A DNA stretch of 63,143 bases, filler included, from Octopus bimaculoides (taxonomy: Eukaryota): assembly GCF_001194135.2 (NCBI RefSeq). It is 9 parts of 7 records of this genome, joined end to end, with 100 filler letters (N's around TTAATTAATTAA, not from the genome) between each part and the next. Parts side by side here need not be neighbours in the genome. Positions count along the whole stretch, not along the records: positions 1 to 13,619 come from NC_068981.1; 8 more parts are not named here. The stretch is one strand, 5' to 3'. Shown piece by piece: positions 1 through 12,612 of the stretch. Position numbers and translations under genes: made by a program. The notes under the pieces are model-generated. The model worked only from the letters and a program-made list of their open reading frames with translations. It was not told the DNA's origin and did not search any database. How positions within the stretch are numbered: position 1 is the first letter of the stretch; each line of letters begins with the position of its first letter.

Positions 1-190
1 ATACATACATACATACATATATATATATATACATACATACACATATACACGCATATATATATACATCATACATACATACATATACATCATCATGCATACA
101 TATATATACATATGCATATATACACCCATGCACATATGCACATATGCAAACCCATACATACATATAAACATACACACCCATATACATTAT
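1..190. repeat. Degenerate (CATA)n/(TA)n/(CA)n low-complexity tract
   Basis: Directly visible: atacatacat..., tatata, cacac. Confidence 0.9.
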
Positions 191-204
191 AGACTATTTT
201 TCAG

Positions 205-800
205 AAGGCTAATATAGAATATCATTAAATTCTCCAGTTTTCCAGACTTCAGGTTGAATGTTATCCAGTCCAGCAGCCTTTCAATTTTTGGTGTTTTTAA
301 GTATTTTTTATTTCATTTCATCAGCAGTGAAATCGTCATGAAAGGAGTAATCAATACTGATACATCTGTATCAGACAGTGAGGGCATATTCTCAAGCAAA
401 TTTTGAAAATGATCCTTCCACTTTTCTAAGCGTTCCTATAGACCTATAATTTTTGACTTGGAGTTTTGCGTTCGCTTATTTCGTTTACTGTCTGCCAAGT
501 TAGTGATGCTTTCCCGTTTGCTACTGCGAGTTTAATTTGATCTATTTTTCTTTGGATGTAGGATTGTTGTTGAGATTGATATTGATCTACTTGTTCTTCC
601 AGTAAGTTTTTGAAATTGGCTTCATTTGAGGAGCTTGGATGTATAGTTTTAGCTTGACCCACTTTGAAGTGTTTTTTTTTCTATTATCTCTTGGTCATCC
701 CAATAGATATGTTTATCGATTCTTGGTTCTATGGGTAAGACCCCAATAATATTTGTCTACAGTGATTCATTTACAAATATTCCTTCTCCATCAACGATTA
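205..800 (-). mobile_element. Decayed APE-type LINE ORF2 fragment (RTE/L2-like), linker to start of RT
   Basis: Minus-strand translation with stops and frameshifts gives LTWQTVNEISERK, ERLEKWKDHFQNLL, FTADEM and KAAGLDNIQPEVWKT. The last matches the KAPGxDGIxxE pre-RT motif of non-LTR ORF2. Confidence 0.8.
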
Positions 801-1689
801 AGCTGTTGGAAACCTGTACACAGCAAGGTTATTCTTCTTTAGCTAAGATTAAAAATTAACTAAATACGGAATATAAAGCTTTCAAATAATTCAAAATTGA
901 TTTCATGTGGAAGTACGACGTGTATCCATCTTAACAAAGAATGAACTGGTAAAGATGGAATGGTGTCAATAGAAAGAAGCAGATGTTTAAAACAATTGCA
1001 AGAAAGAAACGTTACCGAAAACTGGGTCTATATAGATTGAATAAAACTTTCAGGGATCGACAGTTCTATCCAACTGGAAAGAGCAAACTTTACCCATTAA
1101 TTGTCATTAATGAATCTGGACAAAACGTTCATGAGAGCAAGCGGTTTCAGCAGTAATTATGCGGTAATGGGACACGCAGTTTTAAACATGAAGGTCTTCA
1201 TCAAATGTTTTTCTTATAGATTATAATTTGATGATAGATTTGACAAAAACTGTTAAACAAAACTGATAAACAATGAAGTTAATTGTCTTATTTCCGCCAA
1301 TCATTCTGCCAGAGAGCAACCGATTTGCACGGTCGAGTGCTCTCTGTTGACCGAATTCGTTCACAAGGTATTGGTCGGATCGGGGCTATAAGTAGAAAAC
1401 AATTACCCTACGTGACACGCATATTTCTACCCATATCATTTTATACAACTTCTAAATGAATTCTCTGAAATTATAATTGGAAACAACTCTACATATTTAG
1501 TTACTTCAAAGGGACCAATGAAAACGTTTTATTATATTACCGTAATATACTAGGTTACACTTAATCAGCTGTCTCTTCTCCCAAAATTTGTGACTTAAAA
1601 TACATAGGTAATTTTTATAATCATATTTTTCTCGTTTGAGAAAACGGTGCACAACAGAATTGTTAGAGGATCGGAGTTAGAACCATAAG

Positions 1690-2240
1690 TTCTCTCTTCA
1701 AATCCCACTGATGTTCTGCAAAAAACTTGCACATGCAAGTGCCACCAGTCGAAAGCTCCGCATACCGGAATCCAGCAAGTGTATGGGGTCATCAGGAGAG
1801 AATGCGCGCCGTTTCGGGGCCTACCTCTCGATGGCATCATTGAGCACCCCCTCACTGATATGAGGCCCAACTTGCAAGATCAACTGGTTATCAAATAAAG
1901 CTCAATATTCTTCTAACCATCGCTCATCGTCTCCTTTTAACCAAATCCAGTGGCTAGCCTTTTCCACTGTAGTCTGGATATCGGTCATGGTGGTGTTTAC
2001 TTTACGATGAGTTATGCCTAACGATAACAACAGTCGCCTCACACTGTGTCTAACAAATCCTCTACATTTGACTTCGATTGGAAAATGATCCACTTTCCAG
2101 CCTGCTTCTTCACATTCTTTGAGAAGGTTTACATAACGGTCAGTCTTTCGAGCCCGAGCGGCGTCCATGTTATCTTCATGGGGAACCGTCAACTCGACTA
2201 GATTCACCACTTTCTTTCACACCACATTAAGATTCGAATT
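1690..2240 (-). mobile_element. 5'-truncated RLE-type non-LTR retrotransposon (HERO/NeSL-like): C-terminal endonuclease plus 3' UTR
   Basis: ORF 1902-2210: LVELTVPHEDNMDAARARKTDRY...FPIEVKCRGF...KASHWIWLK. This matches the ELTVPxE/K-Y/FPVEVGCRG/ASxWIW pattern of HERO-like restriction-like endonucleases. Confidence 0.8.
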
Positions 2241-4700
2241 TCATTCATCCGGCTACGGTAGACTATATTAGTTACTATAATCGACTACATAATTTGTTTG
2301 GGTTAGAAATCTAAGTCTTTTCGCTAGTTACTTAAACTTTCTATGATCACTAAATATAAGCAAAAAAAATAAAATTATTTTTATATATTTTTAATATATC
2401 CAAAATGGAACAACATTTGTGTTGCAAAACAAAATTAATTTTTAAAAAATATATTGCAGACGTGAAGCTTAAGAGTGCCGAACTGCGTTGCAGTTTTTAA
2501 TTTCATATTTCTGTCTTCTAATCCAAACAACACCAAGAGTTGACTTTGTACATCAACTGAGTAGGGTGTTATGTATATGTGAGACAGGTTTCCTTCTGTA
2601 CAACATCACTATAATCGGTAAAAAGAATGACCATAATTGAAGAACTTCAGACAATATTCACCTTTGTGAAGTTGTGAGTTAGCAGAATAGGTATAGTATT
2701 ATCGTATCAGTCATTACGGGATTTAGCTGCGTCGTTCTGATTTCGAACTCCACTTAGTTTTGATTTTTGTCCTATGTGGATCGATAAGCTAAGGATCAGT
2801 CATTTACTCCAGTTGCACCTAAATTCTGTGTTACTGTACTTATATTAGAAATCAATATTTAGTATTGCTTTGCTCATTTTCAAGATAAAAATTTCATTTT
2901 TGTATTTAAAATCCTAACAAATAATTTAACATATATGCATTACAATGAAAAATGCGGACACATGGAGGTTAATATTCTTAAGTTATTAAACCTGGAAATG
3001 TACAGGACAAGTTATTACACCTGGAAAAGTACAGGATAAGCATACTTATGCTTAAAATATTGCAGCTATAGTTGAAATTTAAAAACATATTTAGATTTAA
3101 AGACTAAAAATAATAGCTTCTATTAGCTACGCTACATTTGAAAAATGAACTCACATAATAAATTGAAGGCTAAATGTTAGCAAAAAAAATTTTAAAAACC
3201 CATTAAAAATGTTTTTTCAATTACATGTTTTTAATATTCAATTGAAATTGTAGTATTCAATTGAAATTCCATTTTTGCTCCATCTTTTTGATAAAAATTT
3301 ATGGACAAAGACACCAAAAAGGGAAAGTTTAATTGATACCTTTATGGTAGGTTTGAGGCTTAGGAGAAGGTACAGGGATATTTTCCGGAGAGGGTTGTAC
3401 TCTTGCTAATTAAATTTTTTGCTTGTGGGGGTGAGGTGGGATGAGGGTAGGGGTGTATTGGTGGGGTGGGATGTTGGGGGTGTAGTGTACCATATGAAAA
3501 ATTCTTCTTGACGAGGATCTACATAGTGCATATAGTNNNNNNNNNNNNNNNNNNNNNNNNNNNNNNNNNNNNNNNNNNNNNNNNNNNNNNNNNNNNNNNN
3601 NNNNNNNNNNNNNNNNNNNNNNNNNNNNNNNNNNNNNNNNNNNNNNNNNNNNNNNNNNNNNNNNNNNNNNNNNNNNNNNNNNNNNNNNNNNNNNNNNNNN
3701 NNNNNNNNNNNNNNNNNNNNNNNNNNNNNNNNNNNNNNNNNNNNNNNNNNNNNNNNNNNNNNNNNNNNNNNNNNNNNNNNNNNNNNNNNNNNNNNNNNNN
3801 NNNNNNNNNNNNNNNNNNNNNNNNNNNNNNNNNNNNNNNNNNNNNNNNNNNNNNNNNNNNNNNNNNNNNNNNNNNNNNNNNNNNNNNNNNATATTAAAAA
3901 TAAAGTTAAAAGAGAAAGAGAGAGGAAATCTTACTCTGATGTAAAGGAGACAATTGTGTATATTTTATGTATAATATAGTTTATGTATATAGTTTATATA
4001 ATTCTTTCTACTATAGGCACAAAGCCTAGCTTCACTTTTTTTTTTGTCACTTTTTACCTCATAATATTTTTCTACAAAATTTTATTGCATAAAATTAGCA
4101 TTTTTAGATTCCTTTCGTTTTGATTTATCATTTTGGTTTAAATAAAATATAGATTGCTTTTAAATTAAGAAATTTTTTTGAAGTCAAAGTCAATTGGAGG
4201 CGTCACTCACTTTCTTTCCGGCACTTCTGGCTTCACAACTTCTTTATCTTAGAGATTCTTTTGATAAAAATTGACATTTTTAGACTCCCCTCGTTTTGTT
4301 CTATCATTTAAGATTAAATAAGATATAGTTTGCTTTTAAAATAATAAATTTACTTTGATTTGAAGTCAATTTTTCGCCTTATTCCCCCCTTTTGGACCTC
4401 ACACATTTTAATGTAACTTTTTTACCACTTAACCAAATTTCGATATTTTTATGTCAAAATGTAGTTTGGGAGATGCTTATTATAGTACCGTTAATAGTTT
4501 TGAATTTGGTTGAGAAATGAGTTAGTGACAAAGCTTTGACGAGGCTGCGAGTGAGTAAATGTCGACTTTAATATAATTCAGCCACTACCGTGGTTCAATG
4601 ATACACGTAAGTGGATGCCAACAGCTTATATGAAAGAAGTAAAACATGCCAGTTTTTTTCAATTGAACATGCATCTCCCTTTCGAGGTCTTTCTAATACT

Positions 4701-4914
4701 GGTTCCAAATTTTGGCATAAGGCCAGTAATTTCGGGGGAGGGAAAGAGTCAGTTGTATCAACCCCAATACTCAACTGGTACTTATTTTATCCGACCCCCG
4801 AAAGCATAAAAGGCGAAGTCGACTATGGTGGAATTTGAGCTCAGAACAAGAAGACGGACGAAATGTCACTAAGCATTTTGTCCGTCACGTTAACGATTCT
4901 GCATGCTCGCCTCC
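4701..4914 (-). mobile_element. tRNA-derived SINE, family B (head ggcgagctggcagaatcgtt)
   Basis: Near full-length match to copies at 53550, 55705, 30515 and 61150. Carries a B-box-like gagctcaaattcc and the 3' end ggccttatgccaaaatttggaacc. Confidence 0.8.
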
Positions 4915-5142
4915 TTAAATCTTTCTAATATACCTCTCGTTTATATTCTTCATTATTCCTACTTGATTAGATTGTGAAATATCTTTCTTATATCATAACG
5001 CAGATGTTATATATACGTACACACACATACACACCTCTATACATTTATCTCTATATGTGGGGATTGTGAAAGAAGGCGCTGTAAGACAGCTTTGAGAATG
5101 ATAGAATCCTAGTTGTCAGAACATCTGTTTAGGTTTTAAGCC

Positions 5143-5281
5143 GAGTTTCTCATACTGGGACGTGGTTCATTTCAAACTGGTGCATGGATAGACAAGTGAA
5201 TGAAACTTACAATATATGGGCGCATGTTCTTTTAGGGAAAACCGGAGTGGCACGTGAGGCAACAGGGTTGAGAAACAGTGG
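5143..5281. mobile_element. Possible hAT-type MITE remnant
   Basis: Right end ggttgagaaacagtgg resembles the reverse complement of a CAGTGTTTCTCAACC-type TIR. The left end (gagtttctcatac) is degenerate. Confidence 0.3.
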
Positions 5282-6799
5282 TTTAGAAGTATGATGTACT
5301 GATGCAAAATTTAAGAATCGTTCAGTTTTTAGACGTCTCACCAAGTTGGACCACCGAGAGAAAATGTCTAATATCTAAAAAGTTAATGCATTCCTGTGTA
5401 CGCTTTATTTATAATAATTAATTTCCCGAACAGAATCTTCTTAGAACTACAGAAAGAGAACGCACGTTTTAAAAGTGATCCTTGTCTTTGCGACAGTCGG
5501 TTTATGCGCAACTGTGACTAAAAAATATCGTCATTTCTATAATTTCTTCGCTGGTAAAAGCAAATAGGCTGTAGTTGTAACATCTTCCTACTTACCAGCG
5601 TGGCTTTCTCGTCCGTTGCTTTTTAAGAAATGCCATCGGTGCTTAAGAAGTGTTTGCACTCGGACACTAGTTGACTTCCACTATATCTATCTTTAATTAT
5701 GTGTACATGTATCTCTGTGTATGTATGCATTTATGTATGCCTTTATTAGAGTTGAATTATTAATATCTGAGATTCTCATCTTCGATGCGAGAATTTACAA
5801 TAACATCTCACTTAATGTGTATGAAAACAGCATGTGAATTGAGTGTGTGCCATAGGTTATAGAAAGGTAATAGATGAAGTACTTGTGTTATACAGAAGAA
5901 GGTGAAGAGTGATTGACAGAGATTAAAATTATTAGACTGTTTGAATTTGAAATGTCAAGGATGTTGTCGCCATGTAGTTATGAATTCAATGTTTATTGGG
6001 TATGTTTCCGGTTCGTTGAAGAAAACATTACGAAATATTAATGTGTACTACAACGGAAACTTTCTTCTCAAAAGAGTTCTTGCAAGTCGATTTTATTTAA
6101 CATGGCATCTATAGATAAACTAAAATCTTTGAAGAAAAATATTTGATTGTTATACAGGAGAAAACATGTATTGTAAATGGACCTCCGTCAATTTAAACGA
6201 TAAGTATTCCAATTGTTCAATCAACTGAAATAGCTTCTCATTGAATTATAAGTAACTGAGTATTCTGCAGGAATACTTTTGTTTTTGCTGTGGTTGTTTT
6301 TATGGCTTTGTCTTTATTTATCATTGTTTCTGATGTTCTGGTTAGTGCTTTGTTGTTGCTCTTGTAATTGTAGTTTTCGTAGTTTTTATTATGTTGTTGA
6401 TGTTATGACGGTTGTGGTTGGTATCGGGCGACTGGCTTGCATGCTCTTTAGCGGCATGTTGACCATTCCGGAGTTTTTTCATGTTGTAGTAGGGATGAAT
6501 GTTAACCGTTTTCTTCCTTCACCACCTCACGACCAGAGTTTACCCTAATCTAATCTTCCCTTTTTTTTCCATTTCATGAAAATGCGGAGAAATCGAAGAT
6601 TGATGAGAAAAAGCCTGATTGCTGCTTGTGTTGAATTGGTGTTGTTTATAGAGGAAAGACACTCTACTGTCCAAGCCATTGACACTCAGCATTAATTTCA
6701 GTGTTTGTTGCTGCTACAGTCTTCCACTGCTAGTGTTGGTTGTGACTGCTGTTGCAGTTCATGTTGCTGTTCTCGTAGTGTCGGCAGCAAAACGAGTCC

Positions 6800-8697
6800 A
6801 GATTGACTTCACTTTTGTTGTTACCTTTCAAGAGATCCTTGAGGCATAACAGCTTTCATCCACTTGTCATACAGGTAGGGTCATGACCATGCTGCCGGCA
6901 TTCATTCAGCTGTGCAGCGATCCTTTCATGCAACTATATCAAGTTCTTCAACCAATAACCTTGTACTCTATCCAGGCCAGGTCCTTTCCAATTTGCAATT
7001 TTTTAAACTTCAGTCTTACTGTATATAGACCGATTCTGACATCCTTTTGTCTTGACACAGTTGCAAGTTATCTCCCACCTGAGTTAGCCACTCCGCACTT
7101 TCATTATGTCTCACTGACCTGTTCTACATTTCTCCCCGAAATATTTTACTTTCTTTTGCATCAGGAAACAGTTCCTGATGTTGACCCCCTCTATTTCCTC
7201 AAAAAGACGCCTTCTATTTGATTGGAACAGTCTCTTCTGTTCAAAACCTTTGCAACTAGCATCATATCTTTCTAGTTTGGCCTTTAACGCTGTCACCCTT
7301 CGTAACAGCTCTTCATGTACTATTTGCTTTCTCCTTTCTTCTAACCCATACTGTCCATTCAATTTTCGGATTACTATCTCATTTTTGAGCTCTCCTCCCA
7401 TTATCCTATTCAATTTCCCTAGTTCTTTCTGTGTCTTTTCCAACTTCATTCGTATTCTCTTCTTCCAGTTTGGTACTTTTGTTTTTCCTTTCCTTTCATT
7501 TCTTCAGTTTTCCGCTTGTATCCTGCTGTGTCGGCTACAGCATTAGCAGAAGCTATGATTAGCTGGTTTTTTTCACTAATGTTTTCTGTTCTATTCAAGC
7601 TCAAAGCGTCATTTACATTGCCTGTGACTCTCCTTACTTTCCTTCTGTCCATATACCTTACATTTAGTAGTTCTTCATTGTTCCCATCACACATTTTACC
7701 ACGCAACATTTCTAGAATCTCCTTTACTTTGTCATTCAAGTTTTGTGCAGCATTTACGGTCACTTGTCCAACTATATTATCTTCACTATTTACTTCATCA
7801 GCAATCTCAGGCACGATGATTTCCATTTTCATCTTTTTCATATACCACTTTCTGCTACTGCTCGTTTTTTATTCTTAAAAAGATTTTTTCAACCTCTAAT
7901 CCTGTAATCAAGTCGTTCACACGAATTGCCTTTGCTCTATTTGTCAGTCACTGAGCAGATACTTCAAAATCTCCATTTTCATCCCATATTCTTTTCATTC
8001 GTTCCATGAGACCTCTTTTATTTGGCTCACTTCTTATCTAGCATTCAATTGCAATTTTTTTTTACCCCTTTTAGCCATCTCATTTTTTTCCCTTTTGCAC
8101 TTTTGACTTCGATTCTGGTCTTGATAAATGGCTTGATGACGACCTACCTGAGCTTGATCAGAGACTCCTTGCCTGCTGTGTGCGACACTCTCACTGTTAA
8201 CAGTTCCGATCCCGTTAGCACAGTCGTGATTATTATTTGATTTTTACATCACTCATTTAGCGGTAGCATTTGCAAGGTTGTGCAATCACCAGTATTTTTA
8301 TCATGACACCATCACTAGGGAATTGCTACCCAAGGCTCAAAGAGTCCACAGTTATCCTTGTATACATTGTTTTCAGTTCTAGCTTCATACATGCCGTTTT
8401 TTAATACCTTGTATTTGACATTTTCACTCATACAGATTCTGGTGATAAGGGTACACAATCACCGGTGTTTTTATTGAGACACCATCTCTAGAGGGGTTGT
8501 CGACCGAAACTAAAGGGACACCTTCATCCCATGAGACAGACTGAACCCCGTTGGACGCCAACTTGGTATTTCAAGGTCCCGGGGTCGGCTTACAGATACT
8601 ACACATTATCCAACGGTGAGCTGAGGGTAGTTGTTCTTAAGGGTAACCTTAATCCTCTCACATCGAGACATTACAACCTGATGAAGTTTCATGCCAT
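6800..8697 (-). mobile_element. R4/Dong-like RLE non-LTR retrotransposon, copy A: 5' UTR + N-terminal region to start of RT, 3' part missing
   Basis: Broken ORFs 7446-7841 and 7111-7449 (RTENISEKNQLIIASANAVA; EELLRRVTALKAKLERYD...RLFQSNRRRLFEEIEG), then NWKGPGLDRVQGYWLKN and LHERIAAQLNEC. An N-terminal RGLMERMKRIWDE..AKAIR segment is present. The 5' end abuts an (ATC)n tract at 8697. Confidence 0.8.
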
Positions 8698-8712
8698 ATC
8701 ATCATCATCATC

Positions 8713-9270
8713 ATTATTGAGTGAGAGAGCTGTGCAAGCTATTAAAGTGACACGGGGGTACCAATATACGAAGCCCAATATACTTATCATGACTACCCGT
8801 CTAAGGGTACACCAGGTACATACATCACAACCATATGTGCATGACATGGTGATCTCATATCAAGATAAACAGCGCATGACCTTGCAGGTGGGACCCAGTT
8901 AGAATTTTCTTCAGGCCGAGTAGCCCATCTCGCTCAAAAAGTCCCTGAATAAGGTTTGTTTAGGATGATGAATGAACCACCTATTTTTCCAGAGGTGAAT
9001 TATTCAAACCCCCAAAGAATTCCTCTCAGCACATGGCTAGATGACCCCTCACTACTTCTGTACGTGATCAGAGATGTACGTATCGTCAGCCATTAAGGGG
9101 CATGTTCAACTGATTAAGGTCATGCAACTGACAAACCAATCTGTGGTATTGAGCAGAATATTTGCTGTAGACCATCTTTTATATCAAGACAAAACATGTA
9201 CATGATTGCACTTCGAGTTAGTTAAGATGAAAAGCCATTCGAGACGCTGCCTGGTACTTCATCAGGACAT
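8713..9270 (-). mobile_element. About 560-bp non-coding interspersed element embedded in (AAT)n/(ATG)n tracts, copy 1
   Basis: Colinear with 53001-53365. Starts (AAT)n-ATGTCCTGATGAAGTACCAGGCAG and ends CTCTCACTCAATAATGATGAT on the minus strand. Confidence 0.75.
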
Positions 9271-9295
9271 ATTATTGTTATTATTATTATTATTA

Positions 9296-9360
<65 letters not shown>
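9271..9360. repeat. (ATT)n microsatellite
   Basis: Directly visible. Confidence 0.98.
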
Positions 9361-9499
9361 TTCATATACACTCAACAGATTAGACTGTTGGGAAAGATAA
9401 AAATCCTAACATCGGGCTACAGCAAGTAACCTTAAATGCCAGGAACCCTTCTATTGACAGCATGATGAAAATGCAGTAATTGTAGTTGAAAAGAAGGTG

Positions 9500-11000
9500 A
9501 AATCAATAGCAAAGCAAAATGCGTTTCAAAAATTAGCTACAGTTACTGCATTTCCATCATGCTGTCAACCTGGGTATTATGCATAAGCTCACTTGAAAAT
9601 TTTTTGCTGTCCTTCATAACAGAATGTAGCTTCTTACATCCAGTCCAAAGATATTACAAGATATTTTGCCAGTGCAATTGTAAGAGATTTGTAAGGATTT
9701 GTAAGAGATTTCAAACTGGATCGAGCCTCGAACTCCTTGCGCTCTGAATAGGTGAAGACTATCTGCGTCTGCCTTTGGGTGGTGTCCGAACTCTCCTGAA
9801 AGACTCCTTCCTGATCTTCTCTTTCATGCTTACATGCTGAATGTCAGAGCCCTCATTTATTCCGAGGTTTTTGTAAGTTTTTTCCCGCTTGAGTTCTTTT
9901 ATGACTGTGTCAACATCCAACTCTACTGAATGTGAGGTCTTCAGTTTCCCTTTCTGGAAAGTGTCCTTGGCACATTTATCAAGACCAAATTCCATCCCAA
10001 TGTCATCACTGAATGCTTTCACAGTACGCAGTATTCCTTTAAACTCATTATCGTCTTTGCCATAGAGTTTTAAGTCATCCATATAAAATAGATAACTTAT
10101 TTTCTTGTCGCCAATTTTATATCCATACCTTGTTCTGTTAAGCTCACTTATAAGGGATATTAGGGCTATGCAGGAAATTAAAGGTGAACGTGAATCACCT
10201 TGGAAAATGCCGCAGTTGATATTAATATTTTTTGTGGCCAGTACTCCACTAGAGTGGTATAATTGGAGATTTGTATTCCACACTGATATGTTGTACTTCA
10301 AGAAGTTTGAAATCACAGAAGAGATCCAGCGATTTCAAGATCAATGAATGCGGTTTGCTGTCGAAGTCCTTTTTATAATCAATCGATGAGGAATTGAGAT
10401 TTCTACATTTGCTGACGGCTCTCAAGGATCACATGATTGATTAAGAGTTGGTCTTTGCATCCATATGCTCCTCGTCGGCACCATTTTTGTTCAATGGGGA
10501 AAATATCTTTCTGTTCCATAAATTTGTATGTTTTCTCCTAGAGGATGGACGTTAAAATTTTATACGAACTAGATAGACATGTTATGGGCCGATAGCCTTG
10601 AGGAGATTTGTTTGCATTATTCTTCGGGAGTAGGTAAGTAATACCTCTTGCTAACCAATCAGTTGTTTTCGTGGGATCTCTCATAATTTCATTGAATAAC
10701 TGAACTAACTATTCGTGTGCACACGGGAGCGATGTGAGCCAGAAACTTGGCACGCTATCATCACCAGGGGATTTTCACTTATGAGCCTTCGTGAATGTCA
10801 TCCTTAGGTCTGCTATTGTAATGTCTTTCCATGCTTGTTCCTATGGTTTTGTCAGGATCCTTCTGTGCGTCTCATCCAGTCTGCGTTTTAATTGTAAGTT
10901 TTTTCATCACTCCATGGCGGTGGGAGGATCTTCAAAGGTTGTTTTCTCCGCCCCTATTTTTCTGTAGAATGTTTTCGCATTGGATGTGAACAGCTTATTT
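9500..11000 (-). mobile_element. R4/Dong-like non-LTR retrotransposon, copy B: decayed RT domain
   Basis: Minus translation gives KSPGDDSVPSFWL, YRPITCLSSSYKILTSIL, CRRGAYGCKDQLLIN, IDYKKDFDS, GIFQGDSRSPL, LFYMDDLKLY, GMEFGLDKCAK and TYKNLGINE (ORF 9759-10316), with stops and frameshifts. Confidence 0.92.
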
Positions 11001-11089
11001 TGCATGTAAAACTTATTACTTTTCTCAAATCTTTGTATTCTTTGAGCTTTTGCTTGGATTTTTTTGTTGCAGTGTTTCTTTTGCTGAAA

Positions 11090-11156
11090 GTAGTTCTTCC
11101 TCTTCCTCCTCCTCCTCCTCCTCCTCCTCCTCCTTCTTCTTCTTCTTCTTCTTCTT

Positions 11157-11246
<90 letters not shown>
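11090..11246. repeat. Compound (CCT)n(CTT)n(ATT)n microsatellite running into a gap
   Basis: Directly visible. Confidence 0.98.
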
Positions 11247-11459
11247 NNNNNNNNNNNNNNNNNNNNNNNNNNNNNNNNNNNNNNNNNNNNNNNNNNNNNN
11301 NNNNNNNNNNNNNNNNNNNNNNNNNNNNNNNNNNNNNNNNNNNNNNNNNNNNNNNNNNNNNNNNNNNNNNNNNNNNNNNNNNNNNNNNNNNNNNNNNNNN
11401 NNNNNNNNNNNNNNNNNNNNNNNNNNNNNNNNNNNNNNNNNNNNNNNNNNNNNNNNNNN

Positions 11460-12560
11460 TATTTTACGTAGGATATGGGCAGTTCCCATGAGCACTATCT
11501 TTTGAACTTCAGCCATTTTGGGGTTTCCTGGTATCTGAGCTAGGTAGTAATCAGCCCGTTTCGCTGTCATTCCCAGGGCACCTATGACAATAGGTATTGT
11601 TTTAGTCTTCAGGTTCCACATTTTGCTAATTTCTATTTCAAGATCTTTATATTTGCTCAGTTTTTGGTAGGTCTTGACAGATACGTTTATATCGATTGGG
11701 ACAGTCATATCAATGAGGAGGCATGATTTTTGTCTGCTTTTTACAGTTTCTGAGAACTGGCTTGGTTATATTTACTCTGTGCAAGAATCCCATGCACACT
11801 GATAATGTATGTCATGCTCTCTACATCTTTCACAAACGGGCGACACTTGACACTGTCAGCAACCTTCTAGACAGTCTTCTTTATGAAATTATTCTCAAGA
11901 GGTCTGATCCTGAACTGGAATAAGCTAAGTTTCTGTTTCGGTTTTTAGTTCTCTACTCCCAAGTCATGTCCATCAATCATCAGTTTTCACATACTCAGTT
12001 TCCATTTCAAACTTTCCGTGTGGGTTTATTGACATGCAACTCTCTTATTATCTAGCATTTATTTGCATGAATCTTTGGCTTCAATCTCCTCTTTCTTCAA
12101 ACCCTCTGACATAGCAACATGTTGAAGCAAAACTTCGTTGCTGTTTACCACATAAAAATCCAGCGTTCATCATTATGCAGCAATACATTCTGATACATTA
12201 ATCACTCCTACTTTGTGCTTTCGGATAAAGAAGTACGAATTTCTATAGTAATTCTCGTGTACATAGATCCATTTCATCAATTTCCCCTAACACCCAGTTA
12301 AATATGATCACACTGAAGGAACAACAGCCATAGCCCAAATGTTGATGGCGCACACAAGGTTTCGGTAATGAAGCTTACTCTTCAGAACATTAGCTAGTAT
12401 ATCAAAACAAGTCTTTTTTACTCACTCTCCCATCTCACTTGACATTACATTGTCTAACTCCAATACTCATAGATACTTACATCCTGCTTTCTCCAGGTCT
12501 GTTATTCTTTGCTCCATTGCGTATTACTTTCCTCCTGTGCATAGTGACTAACGCTCTTGA
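11460..12560 (-). mobile_element. R4/Dong-like non-LTR retrotransposon, copy C: end of RT through RLE endonuclease
   Basis: Minus translation gives VLKSKLHYRNLVCAINIWA, ELKTETE..VQDQ, IDMTVPIDINVSVKTYQKLSKYKDLEIEISKMW..IPIVIGALG and VQKIVLMGTAHILRKI. The 5' end abuts (ATT)n at 12563-12610. Confidence 0.9.
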
Positions 12561-12565
12561 TGTTA

Positions 12566-12612
<47 letters not shown>

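Noticed and set aside
1785-1850. CTGATGA and GAAAC words in the HERO-like 3' UTR as a hammerhead
   Set aside because: Stem II arms are not complementary (CCCC on both sides) and there is no UH site.
8540-8640. HDV-like ribozyme in the Dong-like 5' UTR
   Set aside because: The would-be L3 loop is far too long and I could not find P2 or J4/2.
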